A stretch of DNA of 64,000 bases, taken from positions 131,844 to 195,843 of the forward strand of contig CAWHYB010000004.1 of assembly GCA_963833555.1 (NCBI GenBank), written 5' to 3'. The notes beneath the pieces were generated by a model that saw only the letters and a list, made by a program, of their open reading frames with translations, had not been told where the DNA came from and made no database searches. This DNA comes from an uncultured Actinomycetes bacterium. Its GTDB lineage: Bacteria > Actinomycetota > Thermoleophilia > UBA2241. Made by a program: the position numbers and the translations under genes. Positions 20,430 through 29,616 of the stretch are shown in pieces; position 1 is the first letter of the stretch; each line of letters starts with the position of its first letter.

Positions 20430-22193
20430 CGTTGACTGCGCCGCCTGAGCGTCCGGTCCTCGCCGGTCCAGCGCCTCGGCGTCGCGCCGGAACATCTCCA
20501 CTGTCTTGCTCGCGAGCGTCGCCCTGAACGCCAGCTTCGCGGCGGACAGGGGATTGGGTCCGGCGAAGCGGGGCGTCAGCCGATACGCAAGCCGGGACGG
20601 AAGGGCGACGCGTAGCGCCTTCATCGCGGAGACCACCAGACTGGCCACCGTGACGGGACTCTGGGAAGGCGAGGCCGCCGCGGTCAGCAGGCTGACCGCG
20701 GCGGCCTCGCCCATCACGCTCTCGATCGACGGCGAGGCAAGCGTCGCCACGACCTCCCGGACGATCTCCTGTTCGGCGAGGTAGGCCGCCGGCGCGGGCG
20801 TCGAGACGAACCGTGCGTGCGGGATGGGCCGCGTCTCGGGATCGACGATCGCCATCATCGCGCGACCGTACATGCGAAGCTCGTCCGGGAGGGACCGGAC
20901 CACACGGAAGAGGTCCCTCGCGAGCAGCGGGTTCGCGACCTCCAGGTAGCGGCACTTGATCTCGGTGAGGGGCGCGAGGCTGTTCGGGATGTAGCCCTGA
21001 TGATACATGCGGTCACGATACGCCTCGAGCCCTTCTCCGGGCCGCGGCCGCAGCCACTCCGGTACGTCTTGGTCGGCGAGGCCGAGCCGTCGTATGAGGT
21101 GCCCTTCGGGATAGTCCCGGACCATGACGGACGATCCCTGCCGGCGGGCGGCGTCCAGGGATACCGCCCGCCGCCTGCCCCCGAGGGGCTCGTCGCCCCG
21201 GATGACCCCGCTCACGCCCGCGTCGAAGAGGCCCGCCCACATGGCGCAGCCGTCGACGTAGGCGGCGAACTCGTCCGTCCTCCCCTCGCCGACCTCGACG
21301 AAGCGTTGCAGCGAGCCGGGGGCGACGGCTTGGCGGGAGTCGAGGAAGAGGTAGTCGTGGCGCGCATGGAACCGGCGGGCAAGCAGGCGGGCAACAACGG
21401 CGTCGGAGAGCGGATTCTTGGTCGACGCCCGGGTCGTCCAGGTGACGCATCGTGGCGAGCGGCCGTTCCTGACCATGAACACCAGGATCGTACGGCTGTC
21501 GAGACCGCCCGAGAGCGGCAGGAGCCAGCGCGAGGTGTCTATGTCGAGGTCCCCGCAGCTTCGCGCGACCGCGTCGCGCAGCAGTCCGAGATGCTCGTCG
21601 CGACTTCGGCGGACCGGCTCGAAGACGGCGGGTCGTTGGTCGAGGGTCGGCCTCCATGCTCGCCGGTCGAACGACAAGCAGGCGTCCGGCGGTACCCGGC
21701 GGATCCGGGAGTCCCACGAGCGATCGGGGCCGAGCGTGCCCGCCGAGAGCAACCACGCGACGGCGCTGCGGTCGAGATCGAAGCTGCCGAGGAGAGCCAC
21801 AACGGCTCGTTGTGACGTCGAGGCGATCAGCCGCTCCTCGTCCCAGGCATACCACAGTGTCCTGGAAGAGGGCACGTCCGACAGCAGTTCGACGCGATCG
21901 CTGGAGTACCTGACGAGAGCGTAGGCGCCGTCGGGGGGCTCCGCCCCGGTGATCCACCAACGCCCGGCATCCCCGAGCAGGCCGCCCAGCAGCACGCCGC
22001 CGTCGGCTTCGCGAATGCCGTCACCGGAGGGATTCACGATGGTGACGCAGAGGCCCTGAGCCTCGAGGATGCGGGGCGGGCGGGCTACGATGTTGCTCGG
22101 CGAGATGCGCCTCGCGACCATCGCCATCCGCTGCCGGGCGTCGTCGCGCGGTGCCCGCCCCGCCCGCCCGCACTCCAGAATGAGATCCGCCAC
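20409..22193 (-). CDS. Asparagine-synthetase-family (PP-loop ATP pyrophosphatase) protein lacking the N-terminal catalytic Cys
   Basis: Intact 594-aa ORF. The GTG start is preceded by GGAGG. The N-terminus is M-A-D-L-I-L-E rather than M-C-G-I. The PP-loop is WLLPLSGGLDSRTILV. It is a paralog of 24539..26254. Confidence 0.75.
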   Translation of the reverse strand: MADLILECGRAGRAPRDDARQRMAMVARRISPSNIVARPPRILEAQGLCVTIVNPSGDGIREADGGVLLGGLLGDAGRWWITGAEPPDGAYALVRYSSDRVELLSDVPSSRTLWYAWDEERLIASTSQRAVVALLGSFDLDRSAVAWLLSAGTLGPDRSWDSRIRRVPPDACLSFDRRAWRPTLDQRPAVFEPVRRSRDEHLGLLRDAVARSCGDLDIDTSRWLLPLSGGLDSRTILVFMVRNGRSPRCVTWTTRASTKNPLSDAVVARLLARRFHARHDYLFLDSRQAVAPGSLQRFVEVGEGRTDEFAAYVDGCAMWAGLFDAGVSGVIRGDEPLGGRRRAVSLDAARRQGSSVMVRDYPEGHLIRRLGLADQDVPEWLRPRPGEGLEAYRDRMYHQGYIPNSLAPLTEIKCRYLEVANPLLARDLFRVVRSLPDELRMYGRAMMAIVDPETRPIPHARFVSTPAPAAYLAEQEIVREVVATLASPSIESVMGEAAAVSLLTAAASPSQSPVTVASLVVSAMKALRVALPSRLAYRLTPRFAGPNPLSAAKLAFRATLASKTVEMFRRDAEALDRRGPDAQAAQSTSDRQLP

Positions 22194-22440
22194 TCAGCCT
22201 CCGATTGAGAGCCGCGGTATTCTTGCCCCGCCTCGACGGCGAGGTCAAGTGCGGCGTGCTTCTCGGCCAGTGCTCAGCCCGGACTCCGGACGTTCGTGGC
22301 GGCCCGATAACCGCGCGACCGGCACTACGGCCAATCAGACTGTCCCGCGCGTCGTGTCAGGTATCAAGCCGCCGCACGCCGTTGGCGTGGCCCCCGCGAC
22401 GCTTCTCGAGGCAAGCGGCAAGGGTCGCATCGAGCGGGAC

Positions 22441-23760
22441 TCACTCCCGGCGGCGCTTGACCTTGGCCAGCTCGTGACGGAGCTCCTGTCTGACGCCAGT
22501 CGAGAGCTCGCGGAGGGCGGGTGCGGGGTCGGCGAAGCTGACCACAGCGTCGACCCGCACGTTACGCAGCCCCGCGACGCAGGTCTCGAGACTCATCTGG
22601 CGGCGCACCAGCTCGAGCAGGCTGTCCCACGATTCGCGCGGCAGGTCGAGCCACCGTACGCCATCGGTCTGCCGGCCGACCTCGACCGGCCGGCCCAGGG
22701 CGTCCATGTAGGCGATCCACGAGAGGTTGACGCCCGCGGCGGTCGCCAGCGCGTGGTGCAGCCAGTGTCGGGCGTTGACCTCCATGAGCTTCAGCCGCCC
22801 GTCACGAGGGTCGCGCTTGAACTCGGTGCCGGAGACGCCGTGGAACGAGAGCTCGTTGAGCAGGCGCATGCTGACCTCGGCGACCTCGTCGACCCACAGG
22901 CTTTCGGCTATCCGCGATTCGCCCCACGACCGCGGGTGCTGCCGCACCTTCCGCGAGACGAACATCCCGAGCGGCCGTGAGGCTGCGTCCTGATAGGCGC
23001 CGAAGGTGTAGAAGTCCTGGTCGTCGCCCGGGATGACCTCCTGGAACATCAGCGGGCCGCAGACCTGGGCCTTCTCGTAGGCGGCGCCGACGTCGTCGGC
23101 CGTCGGCGCCAGCACCACCTTGACCCCGAATCGGCGGCGCATCTCCTGATGGCGGAGCGGCTTGAACAACGCCGGGAACGGCACCTCGGCGACGGCTCGC
23201 TCCAGATCATCGGGACCGTGCACAAAGGCAGTCTTCGGCGTGTCGACGCCCGCATCCCAGGCCGCCTGCATCTGCAGCTCTTTGTCGGCGAGGCGCTGCA
23301 TCACCGCCCAGCGCGCCAGCGGGATGATGTAGTAGCGCTCGAGGCGTTCGGCGTGCCGCGAGATCATCCAGACATGGTCGTCGAAGCCGGGGAAGAGGAC
23401 CGCCCGCTGCGGCAGGGCGGCGCCCAGCCGCTCGAGGTCCTCGATGAGGGCTTCTTCGTCGTAGCGGGGGTCGTGGCACGTCAGCGGGATCGCGTAGCGC
23501 GAGGCGAGGCCGATCGAGTTCGCCTCGCTGTCCATGGCGATCATCGGCACGCCGAGGCGGCCGAGGTCGCGCAGGACGCCGAGCCCGATGCCCGTTGAGA
23601 CGGGCACGACGACTGCGGGCGGGGTCACCGCCATGCGGCGCTGGACGTCGGGGTCACGGATCGATTCCAGCGACGGAGAGGTCCGCGCCCGGTATCTGGT
23701 GATCCACGACATCGGCGGTATCCCTTCGCTCGAGATCAGACTCTGCCGACAGGCTAGCAT
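22441..23760 (-). CDS. ATP-grasp carboxylate-amine ligase (COG3919 / D-aspartate-ligase-like); start uncertain
   Basis: Intact 439-aa ORF. ...LGVPMIAMDSEANSIGLASRYA...DKELQMQAAWDAGVDTPKTAF...FPALFKPLRH...MFQEVIPGDDQDFYTFGAY...FHGVSGTEFKRDPRDGRLKLMEVNARHW. Confidence 0.75.
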   Translation of the reverse strand: MLACRQSLISSEGIPPMSWITRYRARTSPSLESIRDPDVQRRMAVTPPAVVVPVSTGIGLGVLRDLGRLGVPMIAMDSEANSIGLASRYAIPLTCHDPRYDEEALIEDLERLGAALPQRAVLFPGFDDHVWMISRHAERLERYYIIPLARWAVMQRLADKELQMQAAWDAGVDTPKTAFVHGPDDLERAVAEVPFPALFKPLRHQEMRRRFGVKVVLAPTADDVGAAYEKAQVCGPLMFQEVIPGDDQDFYTFGAYQDAASRPLGMFVSRKVRQHPRSWGESRIAESLWVDEVAEVSMRLLNELSFHGVSGTEFKRDPRDGRLKLMEVNARHWLHHALATAAGVNLSWIAYMDALGRPVEVGRQTDGVRWLDLPRESWDSLLELVRRQMSLETCVAGLRNVRVDAVVSFADPAPALRELSTGVRQELRHELAKVKRRRE

Positions 23761-23829
23761 GTCGCTCCGGGGTTGCGGGACAGGCTCGCCTCCCGAGACA
23801 ACACTTCTGGAGCCGTCGCCCTGACTCTA

Positions 23830-23848
23830 TCTCGGTCGACGACCGAGA
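23830..23848. promoter_or_regulatory. Perfect 19-bp palindrome in a divergent promoter region (candidate operator)
   Basis: TCTCGGTCGaCGACCGAGA lies between the minus-strand ATP-grasp start (23760) and the plus-strand acetyltransferase start (23971). No gene ends here, so a terminator role is unlikely. Confidence 0.3.
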
Positions 23849-23970
23849 GTCGCCTTGGGATGCCCCCCGTCTCGTCGCACTGCCCGGTACCCCCTCGTCG
23901 TGCGATACTGGCCCAATCTCCGGCGAGCGCCGGCGAGGCGAAGGGTCACGGCCGACAGGGGGGACGTCGA

Positions 23971-24512
23971 ATGGGATGGCTGAGCGACTTCAAGTGCGAC
24001 CTGCAACGGTACCTGGACGACGGGCTGACCCCCGGCCGGGCCCTCCTGACGCAGCAGGGCCTCTGGGCAAGCCTCGAATACCGGCTCGCCCGTGAGGGAC
24101 GCAAGCTCCCGCTGATGGGACCGGTCTTCGTCGCCTCGCAGAAGCTCGTCGAGACGGTGACCGGCATCTCGATCGGCCACGGGGCCACCATCGGACCGGG
24201 GCTGTGGATCACCCACTTCGGCGGCATCATCGTCCACGACACCGCCGTGCTCGGCGGCGGCTGCCATCTGTGCCAGGGCGTCACCTTCGGCCGGGGGTAC
24301 GGCAGCGGCGGCTACGGCGCGCCGGTGATCGGCGACGACGTCTACGTGGACCGAACGCCGCCGTGTTGGGCAGGATCACGGTCGGCGACGGCGTCCGCAT
24401 AGGCGCGAACAGCGTGGTGACCAGAGATGTGCCCAGCAACGCGGAGGTCTGGCCGGCCCCGGTCGTCGTGAGCCCCAGCGGCGATGGGTCGGACGAGGGC
24501 GCCACGACGTGA
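23971..24512 (+). pseudogene. Left-handed beta-helix (hexapeptide) O-acetyltransferase, serine-acetyltransferase-like; one frameshift near 24350
   Basis: MGWLSDFKCDLQRYLDDG...ISIGHGATIGPGLWITHFGGIIVHDTAVLGGGCHLCQGVTFG..APVIGDDVYV, then the shift, then GPNAAVLGRITVGDGVRIGANSVVTRDVP. Confidence 0.75.
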
Positions 24513-24538
24513 CGACGGGCCTCTCGGCCGCGACCCGA

Positions 24539-26254
24539 TCACTTGATCGGCTCCGAGAGGATCGTGGCGTCGTCGCGCAGGATCGTCGCCATGCGCGACG
24601 CGATGTACATGCGGTAGGCCAGGGCCCTGGTCTCGAGATGCGGGAGCGGGGCCGGGCGCACGGCGCGTACCAGCCGGCGCGGCACGACCGCTCTGACCCG
24701 CTTGCGCAGGCGTCGTTTGGCCTCGCTCAGGGGCCGCTCGAGGTCGGCGACGACGGCTGCGAGCGCCGCCGACGAGAACACCCGTCGCCCGTCGTCGGAC
24801 GAGAGTTCCGTCAGGAGCTCGCTCCGCACGGCCTCTCTGGCGAGAAACCGGTCGAGCGGCTCGTCGGCGCCCCGGACGGCGAACGGCACCTCGGGCACCA
24901 GCCGGTCCACCATGCGTTCGAACCCGTACCGCATGTGGCGCAACCGGTCGGGCAGCTCCGAGGCCGCCGTCACGACCGCGCGTGCGAAGAGCGGGTTGAC
25001 CACCTCCGCGTAGGCGCATTTGACTTCGTTGAAGGCGGCCATGCAAGCGGGCAGTTCGAACGTGTTGTAGATCCGATCGCGATAGTGGTCGAGCGTCTCG
25101 CCGTCGCCCATGAACAGTGCCTCCGGCGGGTGCTGGGGAGCGGGTGAGAGGGCGTGGATGAGCTCGCTCTCCGGATAATCGCTCACCAGCGTCATCTCGT
25201 GGACGATGCTGCGCGTCACGAAGTCGTTGATCGGCTCGAACGGGAAGCCCCAACCCGGCGAGTCGCCGCGGATGATGACGGAGATGCCGGCGTCGAAGAT
25301 GTGACGCCAGGCGTCGAAGCCGTCGGTGTAGCCGCTGAAGTCCTCGACCCGACCCTCGCCGGCTCTCAGAAACCGTGAGAAGCCGTCGCGCACCGACCGG
25401 TCGCCGGGGTCGAGCAGCAGGTACTCGTGACGCAGACCGAAGCGCTCCGCCAGCCTCCGCGCGATGGCGGCGTCGTTGTCCGGTTCATCCAGGGACTTCC
25501 CCAGCCCCCACGTGAGGCAGGTGATGGGCGCGCCGGCGTCGGCGAGCCCTGCGAGCAGCGATCTGCTGTCGTGCCCCCCCGAGAGGGTGAGGGCCGCCTG
25601 CGCGCCGTTCAGGCGGAGCGACGCGCAGGCGGCGAAGATGCTCTCTCGAAGGCGGACGAGCTGCTCCTCTTCTGGCAGCGCCTGGGGTACGTACCGGAGC
25701 TCGCTGGACGCGATGCTGAGCGACCAGCTGCGGCGGTCGAGGCGTAGACACGTGGCGGCCGGCACGCGCCGCAGGCGCTCGTCCCATCCGTTCTGCGGCC
25801 CGAGATTGCCGGCCGCCACCAGCCAGGACACGGCCTCGGCGCACGGCTCGTACGAGCCGAGCAGGGCGACCAGTGCCCGCTGCGAGGTCGAGGCGAAGAA
25901 GGTGTGGTCGGTGTGCAGATACCAGACGGTGCGCGACGCGAATACGTCGGTCACCAGCTCGACGCGATCGTCGTCGTGGCGCACGATGGCGAAGGTGCCA
26001 TCGGGAGGCGGCGAGTCGAGTGCGGACCAGTCGGCGTCCTCGAAGAGGACGCCGAGCAGGATGCCGCGATCGTCCGCCTGGACGCTGGCTACCGGGTTGA
26101 CGACCACGCGGGCGAATCCCGGTTCATCGTAGACGTGCGGAGGATGCGGCTCGATGTTGTCGGGTGCAAGATGTCGCGCGAGGGTCGTCAGTCTCGCGCC
26201 GTCCGTCGAAGCGCGCGACTGATCGCGGCGCACGATCAGGATGAAGCCCGCCAA
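24539..26254 (-). CDS. Asparagine-synthetase-family protein lacking the N-terminal catalytic Cys (second paralog)
   Basis: Intact 571-aa ORF. The TTG start is preceded by GAGGAGGG. The N-terminus is M-A-G-F-I-L-I-V. The PP-loop is ALTLSGGHDSRSLL. It is collinear with 20409..22193, for example FASTSQRALVALLGS versus IASTSQRAVVALLGS. Confidence 0.75.
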   Translation of the reverse strand: MAGFILIVRRDQSRASTDGARLTTLARHLAPDNIEPHPPHVYDEPGFARVVVNPVASVQADDRGILLGVLFEDADWSALDSPPPDGTFAIVRHDDDRVELVTDVFASRTVWYLHTDHTFFASTSQRALVALLGSYEPCAEAVSWLVAAGNLGPQNGWDERLRRVPAATCLRLDRRSWSLSIASSELRYVPQALPEEEQLVRLRESIFAACASLRLNGAQAALTLSGGHDSRSLLAGLADAGAPITCLTWGLGKSLDEPDNDAAIARRLAERFGLRHEYLLLDPGDRSVRDGFSRFLRAGEGRVEDFSGYTDGFDAWRHIFDAGISVIIRGDSPGWGFPFEPINDFVTRSIVHEMTLVSDYPESELIHALSPAPQHPPEALFMGDGETLDHYRDRIYNTFELPACMAAFNEVKCAYAEVVNPLFARAVVTAASELPDRLRHMRYGFERMVDRLVPEVPFAVRGADEPLDRFLAREAVRSELLTELSSDDGRRVFSSAALAAVVADLERPLSEAKRRLRKRVRAVVPRRLVRAVRPAPLPHLETRALAYRMYIASRMATILRDDATILSEPIK

Positions 26255-26328
26255 GGGACCCTCCTCAGGCTAGTTCGACACGGACTCGTTCGACCAGCGA
26301 CCCGGCCTTCCTTGCGGGATCACGATGG

Positions 26329-26727
26329 TCAGCCATCGTCGGTCGCCCTCGTCGGCCCTCGGCGGGGGTAGAAGGACGCGAGCAGCACCGGCGCCGCCAG
26401 TGCGAACGGCAGGACGAGCCACGCGAGATCGTGGTGGTGCCGCTCGACGGCCAGCCGGTAGACGATCGCCATGGCCGACAGCGCCGTGAACAGGATCAGC
26501 ACCTCAACCACGAGCCGCTGCCCCCAGGGGTCCCGGGCTGCGCGCAGGGCGCCGATCCCCATCGCGAACAACGCCGCGGCGAGGATCTTGCCCGAGGTCG
26601 TCGCCGCCAGGTCACCCGAACGTCCCAGGTCGAGTAGCAGCGCCAGCGCGATCGCCACGCTGCCGAGGAAGTAGACGACGAGCAGCACCCTGATGACCCC
26701 GAACCGGTCGGCGGTACCGATCGTCAT
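26329..26727 (-). CDS. Small integral membrane protein of unknown function (about 4 TM helices)
   Basis: 132 aa: VIRVLLVVYFLGSVAIALALLL..ILAAALFAMGIGAL..VVEVLILFTALSAMAIVY..WLVLPFALAAPVLLASF. Its 4-nt overlap with the upstream SGNH gene suggests translational coupling. Confidence 0.55.
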   Translation of the reverse strand: MTIGTADRFGVIRVLLVVYFLGSVAIALALLLDLGRSGDLAATTSGKILAAALFAMGIGALRAARDPWGQRLVVEVLILFTALSAMAIVYRLAVERHHHDLAWLVLPFALAAPVLLASFYPRRGPTRATDDG

Positions 26728-27821
26728 GGCACTCGTGGCGGCACCAGTCCCAGCTGGAGCAGCCTCGCGTAGAGCGCGCGCGCCACGACTGCATCACCGT
26801 ACGCGCTCCAGTGGCCGCCGTCGAAGCCCTCGAACTTGCGGTGGTTGGCCTCGTACGCCTGCAGGAAGACCGGTTGCAGGTCCAGGAAGTGCACGTTCGG
26901 GAATGGGCGCGCGGCCTCGAGCAGCGCCTCGTATTCGGGGCGCGGGTCCGGCGAGGAGCTACCCGCGTAGATCCTCGTGCGGTCCGTGTCGACCACGAAG
27001 ACGAACGACCGACCGGGATGCTCGGCGACCAGTCTCGCGACCATCCAGCGCGCCGCTCTCCTGACCAACGGCGACGGCGTCGCCGGCTCGGTCGGAGCCG
27101 CGCCCCCGGGGTTGAGGTTGACGTCTGCGACCACCGCGTTCTTCTGGCCCCAGGTGATGCCCAGGTTCTCCCGCACGTAGCGTACGATCGCGCTCTGCCG
27201 CAGCAGGCGGCTCTTCTTGCCGAAGACGTAGTGGACGGGCGGCCGCAACTCACGGAATCCGGACCCATCTGCGACTATCTGCCAGGCGTACGCTGTCTTC
27301 ACCCCGTTCTCCTGCAGACTGTCTGCTATGTCGTGCCAGTCGATGAAGATGACGTAGGTGTCGGGAGCGAAGTGCGTCCCCACGTAGCGCGACAAGGCCA
27401 CGTACTGCTCCAGGTACCAGCCGGAGCCGCCGAAGGCGTAGACGTCGACCTGCTGATCGGCCAGTGCATGCAGGTCGACGTCGACATGTTGATTCACATT
27501 GACCGAGATCGCCTGGATGTAGGAGTCGCCCAGGATCGCGATGCGTGGCTTGTCGCCGGCACTCGGCGGCGCATAGTCGAACGGGCTGTTCCAGCCAGCC
27601 TTGTTGATGTGCCAAGTGGTCGGATGAAGGCCAAGCCGCCCGTGAGTGGCCACCCCCGATGCGACCCACGTTGGATCGAATCTGAAGATCATGCCGCCGG
27701 TGCTCATGTAGTTGGCGGGCAGCATGGTCGCCGGCACCACGGTGCGGAAGAAGACTTCGGCTACCACTGCCAGAATCACGATGAAGAGCGCGCAACGGGC
27801 GACGAACTTGACCATCGGCAT
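26724..27821 (-). CDS. SGNH/DltD/AlgJ-like membrane-anchored acyl-transfer protein (partner of the MBOAT)
   Basis: I prefer the ATG at 27821 (TGATG overlap with the MBOAT stop) over the longer ORF-track start at 27968. MPMVKFVARCALFIVILAVVAEVFF is a TM anchor, and ...PRIAILGDSYIQAI is a GDS-type motif. Confidence 0.6.
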   Translation of the reverse strand: MPMVKFVARCALFIVILAVVAEVFFRTVVPATMLPANYMSTGGMIFRFDPTWVASGVATHGRLGLHPTTWHINKAGWNSPFDYAPPSAGDKPRIAILGDSYIQAISVNVNQHVDVDLHALADQQVDVYAFGGSGWYLEQYVALSRYVGTHFAPDTYVIFIDWHDIADSLQENGVKTAYAWQIVADGSGFRELRPPVHYVFGKKSRLLRQSAIVRYVRENLGITWGQKNAVVADVNLNPGGAAPTEPATPSPLVRRAARWMVARLVAEHPGRSFVFVVDTDRTRIYAGSSSPDPRPEYEALLEAARPFPNVHFLDLQPVFLQAYEANHRKFEGFDGGHWSAYGDAVVARALYARLLQLGLVPPRVP

Positions 27822-29257
27822 CAGAACTGGACGTAGACGAACGGCCGTGCGCCGTGATTCCCGAGGACTAGCACGGCAAGGAGAATGGCGCAGTAGGCCG
27901 CCCAGCGAGCCGCGACCGGCAGGCGCGAGACGGCCCGGAGAGCGTACGTCTGCTCCCGCTGGAGCCATTCGACGAGCAGCAGGGCCGCACAGAGAGCGAG
28001 GTAGGGCAGATAACTGGTGTCGAAGCCGCCACGTGGGCCCGTGACGAACCGTGCGATGTAGCCAGCCGCCTGTGCCAGCGAGTCGGCCCTGAAGAACACC
28101 CAGGCCAAGATCGCCAGGAGGAACGTGCCCAGCACGGCTGCCGCCTCACGAGGGCTTGGCAGCAGACGGCCGTGTGCCACCGTGTCGCGCGGCGTCTTGT
28201 GCCCAAGCAGGATCCCCGGGACCTGGTAGAGGCCGTTCAGAAGGCCCCACACGATGAACGTCCAGTTCGCCCCGTGCCAGATGCCGATGATCAGGAAGCT
28301 GGCGAGGACGTTGAAGATACGCCGCGGCGTCTTGACCCTGCTGCCGCCCAGCGGGATGTAGACGTAGTCGCGGATCCAGAATGAGAGGGACATGTGCCAC
28401 CGTCGCCAGAACTCGGCGGTGCTGCGTGAGAAGTACGGGTTGGCGAAGTTCAGCGGCAGCTCCAGCCCGAACAACTTGCCGATGCCGATGGCCATGTCGG
28501 AGTAGCCCGAGAAGTCCGCATAGAGCTGGACGGCGAAGCAGACCGCCGCCACGAACAGGTTGATGCTCGACATGGTCTGGTAGGTGGCGAACGCGTGATT
28601 GACGAGCGGGGCGAGAGTGTCAGCGACCAGCACCTTCTTGGTGAAGCCCCAGAGCACCTGGCGCAATCCATCACGGGAACGGGCGTCGTCGAAAAGGCGC
28701 GTCGTCTCGTACTGAGGCAGCAGCAGCCTGGCCCTGCCGATTGGGCCGGCGGTCAACTGCGCGAAGAAGCTCGCAAAGGCGAGGTAGGCGAGGACATCGC
28801 GCGTCGCATGCATGTGCCGGCGGTAGATGTCGAGTGGGTAGGTCAGCATCTGGAACGTGTAGAAGCTGAGTCCCAGCGGCAGCAGGATCCGGAGGGCATA
28901 GGTCGGCGCGCCCATGCCGAGGCCGTTGAGCAGCGACGTCATTGAATCCAAGAAGAAGTTGGCGTATTTGAAGTAGCCGAGGATGCCGAGGGCGAGGACC
29001 AGGGTGGCCACCAGGACAGTCTTGCGCAGCCGCGGATCGTCGCTGCGCTCCAGGATCTGTCCGGACAGGTAGCCGATGACTGACACGGCCACGAGCAGCG
29101 CCAGGAGTCGCCAGTCCCAGTAGGCGTAGAAGGCATAGCTGGCCAGGATGAGCAGCAGGTTCTGGGCTGGCGCGCCGCGGCGGAGCTTGCCGACCAGCCA
29201 GTAGGCCACGAAGACGATCGGAAGAAAGACGACAAACGCGAACGAGACGAACTGCAT
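27821..29257 (-). CDS. MBOAT-family membrane O-acyltransferase (AlgI/DltB-like)
   Basis: Intact, polytopic 478 aa. FANPYFSRSTAEFWRRWHMSLSFWIRDYVYIPLGGSR..IFNVLASFLIIGIWHGANW contains the MBOAT His motif. Confidence 0.88.
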   Translation of the reverse strand: MQFVSFAFVVFLPIVFVAYWLVGKLRRGAPAQNLLLILASYAFYAYWDWRLLALLVAVSVIGYLSGQILERSDDPRLRKTVLVATLVLALGILGYFKYANFFLDSMTSLLNGLGMGAPTYALRILLPLGLSFYTFQMLTYPLDIYRRHMHATRDVLAYLAFASFFAQLTAGPIGRARLLLPQYETTRLFDDARSRDGLRQVLWGFTKKVLVADTLAPLVNHAFATYQTMSSINLFVAAVCFAVQLYADFSGYSDMAIGIGKLFGLELPLNFANPYFSRSTAEFWRRWHMSLSFWIRDYVYIPLGGSRVKTPRRIFNVLASFLIIGIWHGANWTFIVWGLLNGLYQVPGILLGHKTPRDTVAHGRLLPSPREAAAVLGTFLLAILAWVFFRADSLAQAAGYIARFVTGPRGGFDTSYLPYLALCAALLLVEWLQREQTYALRAVSRLPVAARWAAYCAILLAVLVLGNHGARPFVYVQF

Positions 29258-29386
29258 CAGTCAGCGGCCTCCTGCCGGTTCGTTCTCCAGAACATGCCTA
29301 TCGGGCCGTTCGTCAGCAGAAGTGCCGGTTCCTCCCTGAAGGTCGCAGCTTCTGCGACACCGATGCCTCCCAACGATTGGACTGTG

Positions 29387-29392
29387 ATTGTA
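29387..29392 (-). promoter_or_regulatory. Candidate -10 box TACAAT upstream of the MBOAT operon
   Basis: The minus strand reads gcgccTACAATcacag, about 125 nt upstream of the ATG at 29257, in a lower-GC intergenic region. Confidence 0.25.
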
Positions 29393-29569
29393 GGCGCGTC
29401 GCGCGAACCGCCGCCAGCCTAGTCCTTAGTCAGTTCGGGCAACGACCCGTGGATAGGCACGGCGGGCGGCGGAGGGTGGATTCGGTCACGAGCCCATTCA
29501 CTCTGCCGTGACGCATCATTCCGCATCAGGCGCTACAGAAGCGACTGCACGGCCTACACGGAGGGACCG

Positions 29570-29597
29570 GGGCGGTCAGGCCAGCTCCTGACCGCCC
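29570..29597 (-). terminator. Stem-loop after the 29617..30759 gene
   Basis: GGGCGGTCAGG, loop ccagct, CCTGACCGCCC; an 11-bp perfect stem 20 nt downstream of the stop on the minus strand. Confidence 0.45.
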
Positions 29598-29616
29598 TGT
29601 CCCACGCTGCCGGCCA

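Noticed and set aside
20409-23760. A complete lasso-peptide gene cluster (Cys-less AsnB-like cyclase plus small ORF).
   Set aside because: There is no transglutaminase-like leader peptidase or adjacent RRE, the context is a polysaccharide locus, and the small ORF is weakly supported. Only the small ORF is reported, as a low-interest speculative finding.
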